64,000 bases of DNA from Ktedonobacterales bacterium (GCA_027451525.1 DAIDJF010000022.1:3644-67643); one strand, 5' to 3'; shown: positions 17,817 to 27,194, numbered from the stretch's first letter. Numbers and translations: made by a program. Notes: generated from the sequence alone by a model not told the origin.

Positions 17817-18806
17817 CTAATTGCCGAAGAGGTTGTTAAGTGTATTCATTGTGCCGCCAAGGTTGCTCTGGCCGCCAGCCTGTTGCGCACCTTCGGCCTG
17901 GGGTGGATGGTAGGTCATGGATTGAAGGCCGATGCGTCCTGGGCCAGTGAAGCGGTTTAGCACAAAGGATGCGCCCGCGATCATGCCGCCAATAGCACCG
18001 AAGATGCCACCGCCGCGCTGTGAATTGGCAACGGTCGTCACCTGCATCTGCACCGAGGGGTCTTTCCAGAGCCACGCGCCCGGCTCCACGTCAAGCGTCT
18101 CACCCGGAGCAAGCGTCTTCTCGAACACGTTGCCGTAGCCGTGCAGCAGCAGCAGGCCTTCGCTACCACGTGCTGTGAACTGGTCGATAAAGAGACCTGT
18201 ACGGCTGAAGATGATATTGGCCGCTCCTTGCATAAAGGTGAAGCCATAGTCAACGTTGCTGGTGGCGACGAGGAACTGATGCTCACGCACCTCGACCATC
18301 TGGCCCGGTTGGAGACGTAGCGCAACGATTTGTCCAACCGAGTCGCGCGAGAACGAAATGTTGCCCGGCCCTTGTGCCTCGGTCATGAAAATTGGAATGC
18401 CCGCGAACAGACGTTTGGCCGCCCCTTTGAGCGATTTGAAACCGATCTGGACACCGGGGTGTTTCCAGAGCAGGATATGATGCTCGAAGTAGATGGAGAG
18501 TTGGTTGCCCAGCATGACATCGACGACGGGCACAAGCTCACCATCAATCGAAATGGTCATATCAGCAATTTTCAAAGGTCCCTTTGGATTATGCAGCTCG
18601 GCCTTTGGAACCGCATTACCAAAAATACTATTATTATACTCTTCATACTGGTTAGGAGGAACATAGCCACCATCGGGAGCGGTATAACCGGCATTGGCGG
18701 CTTGCTGCGGTTGTGCTTGTGGTGCGCCACCAGTTAACGTAGAGCCACAGAAGCCGCAAAAGCGCACACCATCCGCGACAGTATTATGGCATTTTGGACA
18801 AACCAT
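17817..18806 (-). CDS. AIM24/DUF124-family protein with N-terminal zinc ribbon
   Basis: MVCPKCHNTVADGVRFCGFCGS ribbon, Q/P/Y-rich linker, then an AIM24-like core (FSRDSVGQIVALRLQPG...EHQFLVATSNVDYGF...LLLHGYGNVFEKTLAPGETLDVEPG). ATG 18806 behind AAGGAG. Confidence 0.75.
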   Translation of the reverse strand: MVCPKCHNTVADGVRFCGFCGSTLTGGAPQAQPQQAANAGYTAPDGGYVPPNQYEEYNNSIFGNAVPKAELHNPKGPLKIADMTISIDGELVPVVDVMLGNQLSIYFEHHILLWKHPGVQIGFKSLKGAAKRLFAGIPIFMTEAQGPGNISFSRDSVGQIVALRLQPGQMVEVREHQFLVATSNVDYGFTFMQGAANIIFSRTGLFIDQFTARGSEGLLLLHGYGNVFEKTLAPGETLDVEPGAWLWKDPSVQMQVTTVANSQRGGGIFGAIGGMIAGASFVLNRFTGPGRIGLQSMTYHPPQAEGAQQAGGQSNLGGTMNTLNNLFGN

Positions 18807-19148
18807 GTGTAAAGTCTCCTTCGCGTGTGTAGAAATCCTCAATTACAGCAGGGTAATGAGCCAGGATCGAGCCTATATATCCGTACCATACTAATTGGTC
18901 GGCCCACCTCATGTCATGAGGAGAGTTGGCATGATAATAGCAGGTATTGTAGGGATATACAAGTGTTAGAAATCACATTGAAAAAGAGAAATATTACCAA
19001 AGGCGGGATTGGAATGTAGATGAGAACAAGCAACATCGGGACATAATTCACCGCGCCCTGTTCATACGTCGCTCTGCCTATAGCACAGTACGATGGGAGA
19101 GAGGGAGATACGATAATGCCATGTAACAAATGAATATGGGAATGCGTA

Positions 19149-19462
19149 GAGGCGTGATTGATCATCGGATGAATTTTTTTAACACGATCATCACGCCCCT
19201 ACTGCTCTGTCAAACGTCATTGCACCTGTTTGGGAGAGGCAGGGCGACCGCAAGCCTCGCCCCTACAATGAGACGATGCCCGTTTTCCCCGTCATCATTG
19301 TAGGGGCGTGATTTATCACGCCCTGCCCCCCACACGCCGAAAAGTGCGCAATGACGTTTGACAGAGCAGTAGGGGCGTGATTTATCACGCCCTTCGCCCC
19401 CTTTAGCATGGCCTCCCAGGCGGTTTCATGCACGGGAAGGGCGTGATTCATCACGCCTTTAC
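19149..19462. repeat. Cluster of nested palindromic repeats, MITE-like composite
   Basis: CTACTGCTCTGTCAAACGTCATTGCAC (19198-) is inverted at 19345-19373. It flanks a hairpin/CCTACAATGA...TCATTGTAGG core plus four GGCGTGAT-nn-ATCACGCC palindromes. Confidence 0.85.
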
Positions 19463-19593
19463 GCCACCCACAATAATTTGTTAAACATCCATAGGTAGCC
19501 CGACGTTTTGCACTGTCAGTACCGTTTTGTTACGAGCACTACGTACGCAACGTTTAAGTTTGGTGTAATGTAGTGTTTTGTAGGAGCGGCCTT

Positions 19594-20571
19594 ATGAGAA
19601 AAGCCACTATCTGGCGTATCCTGTGTATATGCTGTTGTCTATTTTGTTATGGTCTGATTGCTGTGTTGCAATCGCCTTCGGCTCATGCTGCGACACCGCA
19701 GGTAATGATAAGCCAGGCAGGCAGTAATGGTGGTGCGGTGGGTGGGCAGGTTGGTTCGAGTATTCATCTCAGCGGTTCTGGTTTCACGCCTGGAACCGTC
19801 AATTTATATACGACAACCAATAATGATCCAACGAAATGCACTAATCAAGGTCAACCTGGAAATCTTGGTCTTATGCCATTTACCCCTGCAACAGCGACCG
19901 CGCAGCAAGATGGCACTTTTGCGCTCGATACCACGTGGCCCAATAGCGCGGGAACGGTTGGCGCGGCCTACTATATCTGCGCAGTCACCCCGACTGCCAG
20001 CATGTTGTCAAGTAATACCTTTACGGTGACGCCTGCTCCGACTATTGTTATTTCTCCCACAAGTATCGCTGCTGGTGGACAGATCACAATTACGGGTGAG
20101 AATTGGTTCCCGCCGCAGCAATTGACGGTAGCGGTGACTGACGCAACACAAACGGTCATTGTGAGTCAGCAAACGAATCCCGATCAGACGGGCAAGATCA
20201 ACGTGATGTTGACCATTCCCGCGACGGCACCTGCTGGTACGGACACGGTGAGCGTCGCCGCCAACGATAATCCCTCACTCAAAGTAGTACAAAATAACGC
20301 TTTGACTATTACGGCTACCAGTACACCCACACCAACTGTATCTCCCAGTCCTAGCCCAACGCCTGCATCTTCGCCAACTGCTGCTTCAACCAACGTGCCA
20401 GCCACGCCCACCTCTTCTGGTGGTAATGCTGGTGGAAACGGCGGTAGTAGTAGTAACGGTGGTGGTGGTGGCACGATCAATATCCTGCTATTTTTGATGG
20501 CGGGCCTCGGCATTATTCTGGTAATTGTAGGAATTATTCTCTTCGCGGCCTACTCACGCGAACGTCAATAG
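19594..20571 (+). CDS. Secreted, C-terminally membrane-anchored protein with Ig-like beta repeats and a P/T/S-rich linker
   Basis: Signal peptide (…LIAVLQSPSAHA), two ~90-aa beta-rich repeats, PTPTVSPSPSPTPASSPT linker, Gly-rich stretch, C-terminal TM helix. AGGAG RBS 7 nt before ATG 19594. Confidence 0.7.
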   Translation: MRKATIWRILCICCCLFCYGLIAVLQSPSAHAATPQVMISQAGSNGGAVGGQVGSSIHLSGSGFTPGTVNLYTTTNNDPTKCTNQGQPGNLGLMPFTPATATAQQDGTFALDTTWPNSAGTVGAAYYICAVTPTASMLSSNTFTVTPAPTIVISPTSIAAGGQITITGENWFPPQQLTVAVTDATQTVIVSQQTNPDQTGKINVMLTIPATAPAGTDTVSVAANDNPSLKVVQNNALTITATSTPTPTVSPSPSPTPASSPTAASTNVPATPTSSGGNAGGNGGSSSNGGGGGTINILLFLMAGLGIILVIVGIILFAAYSRERQ

Positions 20572-20580
20572 CCTGTTTTT

Positions 20581-20627
20581 ACAGACCAGAGAGTGCAAAA
20601 CGCTTTGTTCTGCACTCTCTGGTCTGT
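20581..20627. terminator. Bidirectional terminator hairpin
   Basis: ACAGACCAGAGAGTGCA (20581-20597) pairs perfectly with TGCACTCTCTGGTCTGT (20611-20627), between convergent genes. Confidence 0.75.
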
Positions 20628-20633
20628 AAAATG

Positions 20634-21371
20634 TTATAGTGAGAGGCGTTTGAAGATGCTTTCGGGGATGCTGCGCACGATCAGCATGATTGGTTGCCAG
20701 AACCAGGGTAGGTAGACCACATCGCGCCTTTGCTGCATCGCTTTATAGATGCCCTCACCCACCGGGCGTGCCTGCGCGAATAACAGCCCCTGCCGAACGG
20801 ATGCCGTCATAGGCGTCGCCACAAAGCCCGGTTTGATTGTCACGACTGCCACCCCAGCCTTTGCCATACGCGCTCGTAAGCCCTGCAAAAAGGCGTTTAA
20901 GGCCGCTTTTGCCGTTCCATAGACGTAGTTGCTGGGGCGGCCACGATCACCCGCCACCGAACTGATGACAGCGATACACCCTTTACGCCGCTGCTCAAAA
21001 TAATTGGCGCCGATCGTCAGCAGGGAGATCACGCTGAGCGCGTTATTATTCAGTTCGTGCAGGGTCTCCTCGACGCTCCGCTGACACTGCTGCTGATTGC
21101 TCAGCGTGCCATGCGCGATCAATAGCATATCGAGTGTGCCAAGAGCAGCAATTGCGGCATCAAAAAGCTCTTGATGGCGGTCGAATTGCATGAGATCGAG
21201 AACGAAGGTTTCAACCTGCTGTGCCCCGCGCACCCGTAAATCGGCGGCGATAGCCTCTAAACGTTCGCCGTTGCGTGCGACCAGAAAAAGGTGTGCGCCA
21301 TCGCTGGCGAAACATTTGGCCGTCTCTTGCGCGATGGCTGAGGCGGCTCCAATAATCAGAATATTTGTCAT
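20634..21371 (-). CDS. dprE2: DprE2-like short-chain dehydrogenase
   Basis: SDR motifs ILIIGAASAIAQE and YGTAKAAL, immediately downstream of the DprE1-like gene. Start uncertain: ATG 21371 or TTG 21407. Confidence 0.65.
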   Translation of the reverse strand: MTNILIIGAASAIAQETAKCFASDGAHLFLVARNGERLEAIAADLRVRGAQQVETFVLDLMQFDRHQELFDAAIAALGTLDMLLIAHGTLSNQQQCQRSVEETLHELNNNALSVISLLTIGANYFEQRRKGCIAVISSVAGDRGRPSNYVYGTAKAALNAFLQGLRARMAKAGVAVVTIKPGFVATPMTASVRQGLLFAQARPVGEGIYKAMQQRRDVVYLPWFWQPIMLIVRSIPESIFKRLSL

Positions 21372-21410
21372 AGTGCTACCATTCAATTTGCATACAGTAT
21401 TCTTCAACTT

Positions 21411-22730
21411 TTATTGCGTCACGCGCCGCCAGAAACTCGACGAGAAGCGCGGGTCAATAGAGGGCACAAAACGTTCCCATTGCGGATAATAGGTCTGAAA
21501 GCTTTCCGCTGTCATGTGCGCGTCTTTGGCGGGATAGACCGAGCCGCCGCTCTGGCGCACGATGTGATCCAATGTGTCGAAGAGTCTGAGCGTTTTGCGT
21601 CCGTTATAGGGAAAATCGAGGGCCAGTGTCAGACCGGGGCGCGGGAATGAGAGTATGCCGGGCGAGGGCACATCGCCAAAGCGTTTCAGCACGGTCAAGA
21701 ACGAGCCTTCGCCGGAACGACTGATGCTGCGCAAGATATCGCTCATCACCGCGTAACCATCCTCAAGCGGGACGACACATTGATACTGTAAAAAGCCGCG
21801 CTTCCCATACATGCGGTTCCAGTGGTAAATAGCATCTAAAGGATAGAAAAACGGCTCGTACTGCTCAAGTTTCTGTACACGTTCGCCGCGCTGGGCATGG
21901 TAATAGACCTCGTTGAAGGCTTTAATGCTCAACGTATTCAGCACAAAAGGTGGGAAATCGACGGGCACTGTCAGCGGAATTTTTTTCCGTAGAGAGTAGT
22001 TTGCTCGCGTCTGATCGTGGTTGCCACGCATGAAGAGGCCGCGTCCAAGCTGATTACCAGTGGCGAGGCAATCAACCCACGCGACGGTATATTCGTAGTC
22101 CTGGTCGGACTCGGCGGATAGCTCCATGAAATCTCTGAGTGAGCGATAGCGGATGCGTTCCATATCGATCAGTGAATTGACAATAGGCTTGAGGCGAATT
22201 TCGGCCCACAGGATGACGCCCGTCAAGCCAAGCCCGCCGATAGTAGCGCGAAAGAGTTCGCTGTTTTCGTCGGGCGAGCAGAGCAGGCGTTCACCAGTGG
22301 AGCGCAAGAGTTCAAATTGTGTGACGTGACAGCCGAAGGTTCCCGCCTTATGATGGTTTTTGCCATGCACATCGTTGGCAATCGCTCCACCAACCGAGAC
22401 AAATTTTGTGCCGGGCGTGACGGGCAGAAACCAGCCACGCGGCACAACGAGTTCCAGAATACCTGCCAGCGTGACCCCCGCCTCGCAACGTAAAATGCCC
22501 GCCTGTTCATCAAAAGCCATAAAGCGATTGAGGTGGCTCACATCGAGCGTGATACCGCCCTCGTTCAGACAACTGTCGCCATAGCTGCGTCCGCAGGCAA
22601 ACGGCAAAACAGATTGTTCATAGGCCGAGAGGTCTGGCAACTCGTCGCGCCAGTAGACAGGCACGACGCCCTGCGGCTTAACCTTTGGATAACGTCCCCA
22701 TGATTCTGGGGCGGTTGGCAATGTGTCCAT
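21411..22730 (-). CDS. dprE1: DprE1-like FAD-dependent oxidase (decaprenylphosphoryl-ribose 2'-oxidase family)
   Basis: GRSYGDSCLNEGG...PGTKFVSVGGAIANDVHGKNHH matches the remembered DprE1 signature (GGAIA.D.HGKNHH). FAD-binding PCMH-type N-terminal domain. Confidence 0.7.
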   Translation of the reverse strand: MDTLPTAPESWGRYPKVKPQGVVPVYWRDELPDLSAYEQSVLPFACGRSYGDSCLNEGGITLDVSHLNRFMAFDEQAGILRCEAGVTLAGILELVVPRGWFLPVTPGTKFVSVGGAIANDVHGKNHHKAGTFGCHVTQFELLRSTGERLLCSPDENSELFRATIGGLGLTGVILWAEIRLKPIVNSLIDMERIRYRSLRDFMELSAESDQDYEYTVAWVDCLATGNQLGRGLFMRGNHDQTRANYSLRKKIPLTVPVDFPPFVLNTLSIKAFNEVYYHAQRGERVQKLEQYEPFFYPLDAIYHWNRMYGKRGFLQYQCVVPLEDGYAVMSDILRSISRSGEGSFLTVLKRFGDVPSPGILSFPRPGLTLALDFPYNGRKTLRLFDTLDHIVRQSGGSVYPAKDAHMTAESFQTYYPQWERFVPSIDPRFSSSFWRRVTQ

Positions 22731-22829
22731 GTGATACGATGACCTTTACAAACTTAATAAAATTCTCTATAGAGAAGAACGGTTGACGGAGATGAGAGGC
22801 TACGCAACAAGACGAAAGGTACTGAGAGG

Positions 22830-23480
22830 ATGCATTGTGTGATTTTCGCGGGCGGAACGTTGCGCCCCGGCACGGCGGTCACGACAGCAATTGCGAGCGC
22901 GGATATGGTGATTGCCGCCGATGGAGGAGCATCAACGGCGTTACACTACGGGCGCGTGCCATCGCTCATTGTGGGAGATTTCGACTCGCTGCGCCTGCCT
23001 GTTGCTGAACTAGAGCGGCAAGGGAGCCAGATTGTGCGTGTTGCCGTTGAGAAGGATGAGACCGACACGGAACTGGCGGTGCAACTGGCGCTCGAACATG
23101 GCGCGACCCGCATTACGCTGCTGGGAGCAATCGGAGGAGCGCGCTTCGATCACACTATCGCCAATATTTTGTTACTGGCCGATATCACCACCGTGCCAAC
23201 GCGCATTGTGGATGGTCCCTCGCAGGCATGGCTCTTGCGCGGTCCCACCGGTACGACGATCACGGGCGCGGTCGGCGACCTGCTCTCACTCTTCCCGCTC
23301 ACGGGCGCGGCAACGGGCATCACGACGACGGGTCTGTATTATCCGCTCCACGCAAGCACCCTCCATTTCGGCAAACCACGCGGCATCAGCAACGTGCTGA
23401 CCCACGAACAAGCCGAGGTGACGCTGACCGATGGCCTGTTATTATGCATTCACACGAGAAAAGATGAATTACAAGAATGA
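22830..23480 (+). CDS. Thiamine diphosphokinase
   Basis: MHCVIFAGG...ADMVIAADGGA...IVGDFDS...EKDETDTELAV plus a C-terminal thiamine-binding beta domain, 216 aa. Confidence 0.8.
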   Translation: MHCVIFAGGTLRPGTAVTTAIASADMVIAADGGASTALHYGRVPSLIVGDFDSLRLPVAELERQGSQIVRVAVEKDETDTELAVQLALEHGATRITLLGAIGGARFDHTIANILLLADITTVPTRIVDGPSQAWLLRGPTGTTITGAVGDLLSLFPLTGAATGITTTGLYYPLHASTLHFGKPRGISNVLTHEQAEVTLTDGLLLCIHTRKDELQE

Positions 23481-23663
23481 GTAGTGCGCTATAATTGCCT
23501 ATGTAGCTTGCCGCTGAGATACTATCTCATACTCCTCACTTTAGAGAAAGATGGTGTATTTCTATGAAAGGTTAAGGCAATGGATAAGCAAGATATTGAA
23601 CCTTACTGCTCGTGTACAATATGTTGTGGAAGAATTGTTTGCTTGAATGAGGGGGCAGCACAT

Positions 23664-24062
23664 ATGGCAATATATCACTGGCATCGCTATAGTGCCGTAG
23701 AAAGCTTTGAACGTATTCTACATAGTGAAGACCCCTGGGTAGCACTGGGAGACTTCCTTGATGATTGGAATCGTTCCAAACTAGAAGATCGTTCCATACT
23801 GGTTGCTCAGCCTCTCGGAGAAGCAAGAACACCTGAAGAAGTACGCTGGGCTGCCCTTTTTGCCGCAACTGTCGAGCACCTCTGTTCGCAAGACCAACTT
23901 CCACATCCTACCTGGACGGATGCTTCTAGCTATTATCTGGTAGATCCCTGGTACCTGGGTGTGAAAACAGAGCGATTACGCCGTCTTCAAGAAGAGACCA
24001 CGCCCGAAATTTTCAGAAAACATAACATTTTCGGGGGCGATAGGCTATTATTGCGTGTTTAG
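23664..24062 (+). CDS. Hypothetical protein in an AT-richer island
   Basis: ORF open from 23580. ATG 23664 is preferred because it sits 8 nt after GAGGGGG. No family recognised. Confidence 0.4.
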   Translation: MAIYHWHRYSAVESFERILHSEDPWVALGDFLDDWNRSKLEDRSILVAQPLGEARTPEEVRWAALFAATVEHLCSQDQLPHPTWTDASSYYLVDPWYLGVKTERLRRLQEETTPEIFRKHNIFGGDRLLLRV

Positions 24063-24226
24063 ATGTCTCTAACAACAAGACTAACTTGTAGCGTTTTCCC
24101 CTTAAATCCATCATCATACTCCTACTACGCTGTCACACGTGACTGGAGCCCCTGTGTATGGGCAGTACGACGGGCAACTACCAGGAATTGCCCGTCCATT
24201 TACCCATGTTCAAAAAATACAGCGTG

Positions 24227-25309
24227 CTACTGTAAAAACTGGTTGGTGTAGAGGGTGCTGAAATCCATGCTGGTGAGGGCTTTGCCCGAGGCATCCTGAA
24301 TCGCACCCGCTTTGAGCATAAATTCGGGGTAGCCTTGCCACGCGGCGGCATCCTGCCAGCCCCACTTTTGTTGCGAGTCGGAATAGTGCGTACTGAGGAA
24401 GGTCTGACTCTGTGTGACTAATCCCGTATCAGGGAAGACACCAGGATTCTGGTCAAGCAGCATCTGGGCTGATTGCTGTGGATGAGTCTCGGCATACTCA
24501 TAGCCGCGCTGCGTTGCAGCCATGAAACGACGTAACAGGTCAGGCTGTGTCTTGATTTCTTGCGGACTGGTGATGATGTTGGGCGTGTAGTAATCGGGAA
24601 TGCCGAAACTGGTGATTGGGAAGACGTTGAGCTTATAGCCCTGCCGTTCGGCCTGAATGACCTCCCAGCCCTCGAAAACCCAGGCGAAATCGATGCGGTG
24701 CGCTTCTAATGCCTGCATCGCGTCGGTGCTGAGCGTGACATTCTTGAAATTGCCTGTGCCGCCCGCGTTCTTGATAATCGCGCTGACGACCGCGCTTTCA
24801 TAGGGCGCGCCAAATCCACCATAGACCTTGCCGTCAAGCTGCTTGGGACTGCTGATGCCCGAACTTGCCAGTGTGACAAGGGCTGAGGTGTTGTGCTGGA
24901 TAATCGCCGCGATAGAGACGACAGGCTGACCCGTCGCGGCATCGGCGACAATGCCCTCTGTCGAACTGATGCCGACATCGGCCTTGCCTGTGCTGACCAG
25001 CGTGTCGGGATAGACGCTATCGGAATAGGGGATCAGTTGCAGGTTGATGCCCTCGTCGCGATACCAGCCCTGTGCCAGCGCGACATAAATGCCCGTGTGG
25101 TTGGTATTGGGTGTCCAGTCCAGAGCCAGTTTCATCGTTGTGATTGGCCCTGTCCAGGGCGTGGGAGTTGCCGTGCCAGCCGTGACCGCTTTGGCGGATG
25201 GCGTAGGCGTGTTGGCACGCTGTTGTTGCACGATGAAACCGATAACAATAGCGATAATGAGGATGGCAGGTAATCCGATACTAAGGATGAGCCGTGTACG
25301 TGAGTTCAT
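24227..25309 (-). CDS. ABC transporter substrate-binding protein, NMT1/THI5-like (ThiY-like pyrimidine/HMP binding)
   Basis: N-terminal membrane anchor, LDWTPNTNHTGIYVALAQGWYRDEGINL motif typical of NMT1/THI5-type binding proteins. Located behind a TPP riboswitch. Confidence 0.8.
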   Translation of the reverse strand: MNSRTRLILSIGLPAILIIAIVIGFIVQQQRANTPTPSAKAVTAGTATPTPWTGPITTMKLALDWTPNTNHTGIYVALAQGWYRDEGINLQLIPYSDSVYPDTLVSTGKADVGISSTEGIVADAATGQPVVSIAAIIQHNTSALVTLASSGISSPKQLDGKVYGGFGAPYESAVVSAIIKNAGGTGNFKNVTLSTDAMQALEAHRIDFAWVFEGWEVIQAERQGYKLNVFPITSFGIPDYYTPNIITSPQEIKTQPDLLRRFMAATQRGYEYAETHPQQSAQMLLDQNPGVFPDTGLVTQSQTFLSTHYSDSQQKWGWQDAAAWQGYPEFMLKAGAIQDASGKALTSMDFSTLYTNQFLQ

Positions 25310-25333
25310 TCCTATGAACCTTTCTGTATGCGT

Positions 25334-26128
25334 TTACGCCATTTTTTGCGCAAACGCGCTATGTGAGCGGTGATACCAGGGTAACGCAATACGTTCAATA
25401 AGCGCTACAAAGCCAAATAAGAGCAGACTGAGAATGGTCGTCACCAGGATGGCGGCGAAGACGCGAGAGATGGCGAACGAGTGCGCCATATTCTGCATAT
25501 AGATACCCAGCCCCTGATACGCGCCGACATATTCGCCGACAATTGCGCCTGTGACGCTATAGGTGGCGGCGATGCGCAGGCCCGAAAAGAAGGATGGCAT
25601 GGCACTGGGCAGTTGTACCAGCCAGAGCGTCTGCCAGCGTGACGCTTTCATGCTTTTCATCAGGCGCAACAGGTCTGGGTCGGTTCCCAGCAGACCATCG
25701 GCACAGGCGACGGCGATGGGAAAGAAACAATACAGGACAACAACGATCACTTTCGGTTCCAGTCCATAGCCGAGCCAGATCAGCAGCAGCGGAGCTAGGG
25801 CCAGCATGGGAATGGTTTGCGAAATGATGAGTAGTGGGTAGAGCGTGCTGCGTATCCATTGCGACATATTGAGCAGGATAGCCAGCACGACGCCGAGCAG
25901 GGTCGCGATAGCCAGACCGATGACCGTCTCGACTAGCGTTTGCATGGCGTTGACCGAGATAATATCCCAGTTATTCCATGTGGCCTGCAAAACGCTGATG
26001 GGCGTTGGTAGCACACTTGGGCTGATCTGCCCGGCGCGCACGTACAGTTCCCAGAGCAGGAGCAACGCTAACGAGAAGAGAATGGCGGGACCATAGCCCG
26101 CGAGACGATAGATGCCGCGCAATGTCAT
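25334..26128 (-). CDS. ABC transporter permease (ThiX-like)
   Basis: 264 aa, six hydrophobic helices, binding-protein-dependent permease architecture. ATGA overlap with the upstream ATPase gene. Confidence 0.85.
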   Translation of the reverse strand: MTLRGIYRLAGYGPAILFSLALLLLWELYVRAGQISPSVLPTPISVLQATWNNWDIISVNAMQTLVETVIGLAIATLLGVVLAILLNMSQWIRSTLYPLLIISQTIPMLALAPLLLIWLGYGLEPKVIVVVLYCFFPIAVACADGLLGTDPDLLRLMKSMKASRWQTLWLVQLPSAMPSFFSGLRIAATYSVTGAIVGEYVGAYQGLGIYMQNMAHSFAISRVFAAILVTTILSLLLFGFVALIERIALPWYHRSHSAFAQKMA

Positions 26129-26928
26129 ACGTGTTGCTCCTTCATCAGTACTTGCAACAACTCCTGTTCCAGTTGCAGCGAGGTGGGTAAGGCCAGATGC
26201 TCCTGCTTGCGTGGACGGGGCAGGTCGATATTGATGACGCGCAACACGTGGGCAGGGCGCGCGCTCAGGACATAGACGCGGTCGGAGAGCAGAATGGCCT
26301 CGCGCACATCATGGGTGATAAACAACACGCTGGCCTGTAAGGTTTGCCAGAGTTCGAGTAGCCACATCTGTAGCGAGAAGCGCGTGAGGGCATCAAGCGC
26401 GCCAAAAGGCTCATCAAGCAGCAGAAACGATGAATTGAAGAGCACTGTGCGCAACAGGGCCACGCGCTGACGCATTCCACCAGAGAGCGTGGTGGGGTAG
26501 TTTTGCGCGAACTCCGCGAGGCCAAAGCGTTTGAGCAGTTCCTGTGCCTCCTGCTGAGCCTTTTGGCGTGGCACGTGGCGCACATCCAGACCGAGCATGA
26601 CATTCTCCTCGACCGTGCGCCAGGGCAGCAGTAGCGGTTGCTGCAGCATGTAGCCGCACTGACCCGCGCGTGTTCCATCGCTGCGTCCGTCGATGGCAAT
26701 GCTACCTGTGCTGGCCTCGTCCACGCCCGCGATAATGTTGAAGAGCGTGCTTTTGCCGCAGCCGCTTGGCCCAATCAATGTCACAAACTCGCCGCTGGCA
26801 ATGGTGAGATCAATCGGGTCCAGCGCGGGAAGCTGACGTGCCCCGTCACGATATATTTTGCTGACGCCGCGCACCGCCAGTTTGGGAACTGACTGTGGCG
26901 TCTCTGCCATCGTTTGTTGACTGTCCAC
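26125..26928 (-). CDS. ABC transporter ATP-binding protein (ThiZ-like)
   Basis: Walker A GPSGCGKST, signature LSGGMRQR, Walker B LLLDEPFGALD. GTG 26928 sits about 8 nt after AGGAGG. Confidence 0.88.
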   Translation of the reverse strand: MDSQQTMAETPQSVPKLAVRGVSKIYRDGARQLPALDPIDLTIASGEFVTLIGPSGCGKSTLFNIIAGVDEASTGSIAIDGRSDGTRAGQCGYMLQQPLLLPWRTVEENVMLGLDVRHVPRQKAQQEAQELLKRFGLAEFAQNYPTTLSGGMRQRVALLRTVLFNSSFLLLDEPFGALDALTRFSLQMWLLELWQTLQASVLFITHDVREAILLSDRVYVLSARPAHVLRVINIDLPRPRKQEHLALPTSLQLEQELLQVLMKEQHV

Positions 26929-26934
26929 TAGCCT

Positions 26935-27190
26935 GACCTCCTACTGCTCCGTCAAACTTCATTGCGTCCTTTTTGGAAGAGCAGGGCGAACCCTTGCGGT
27001 TCTTACACATGTAGGTTTTTTGGACCCATTGGTGCATGGTGTGGTCGCCCGTTCTGCCCCACATCCGCCTGATGCCCCTTCCGAGAAAAACCAACACGTG
27101 TACGCCCTTGCGGTCGCCCTGCCCCCTTCCCAATGCAGTGGGCTGCAATGCCCGTGTGGTTGCAATGAACTTTGACAGAGTACTACTTGT
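26935..27190. repeat. MITE-like composite repeat in the 5' leader of the ThiZXY-like operon
   Basis: CTACTGCTCCGTCAAACTTCATTGCG (26940-) is inverted as TGCAATGAACTTTGACAGAGTACTAC (~27158-27185). It encloses GGGCGAACCCTTGCGG / CCCTTGCGGTCGCCCTG hairpins, related to the element at 19198-19373. Confidence 0.75.
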
Positions 27191-27194
27191 GCAT

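Noticed and set aside
19149-19462. Possible CRISPR array suggested by closely spaced repeats
   Set aside because: The repeats are inverted and nested, with irregular spacing and variable sequence. There are no uniform direct repeats or unique spacers, and no cas genes in the window.
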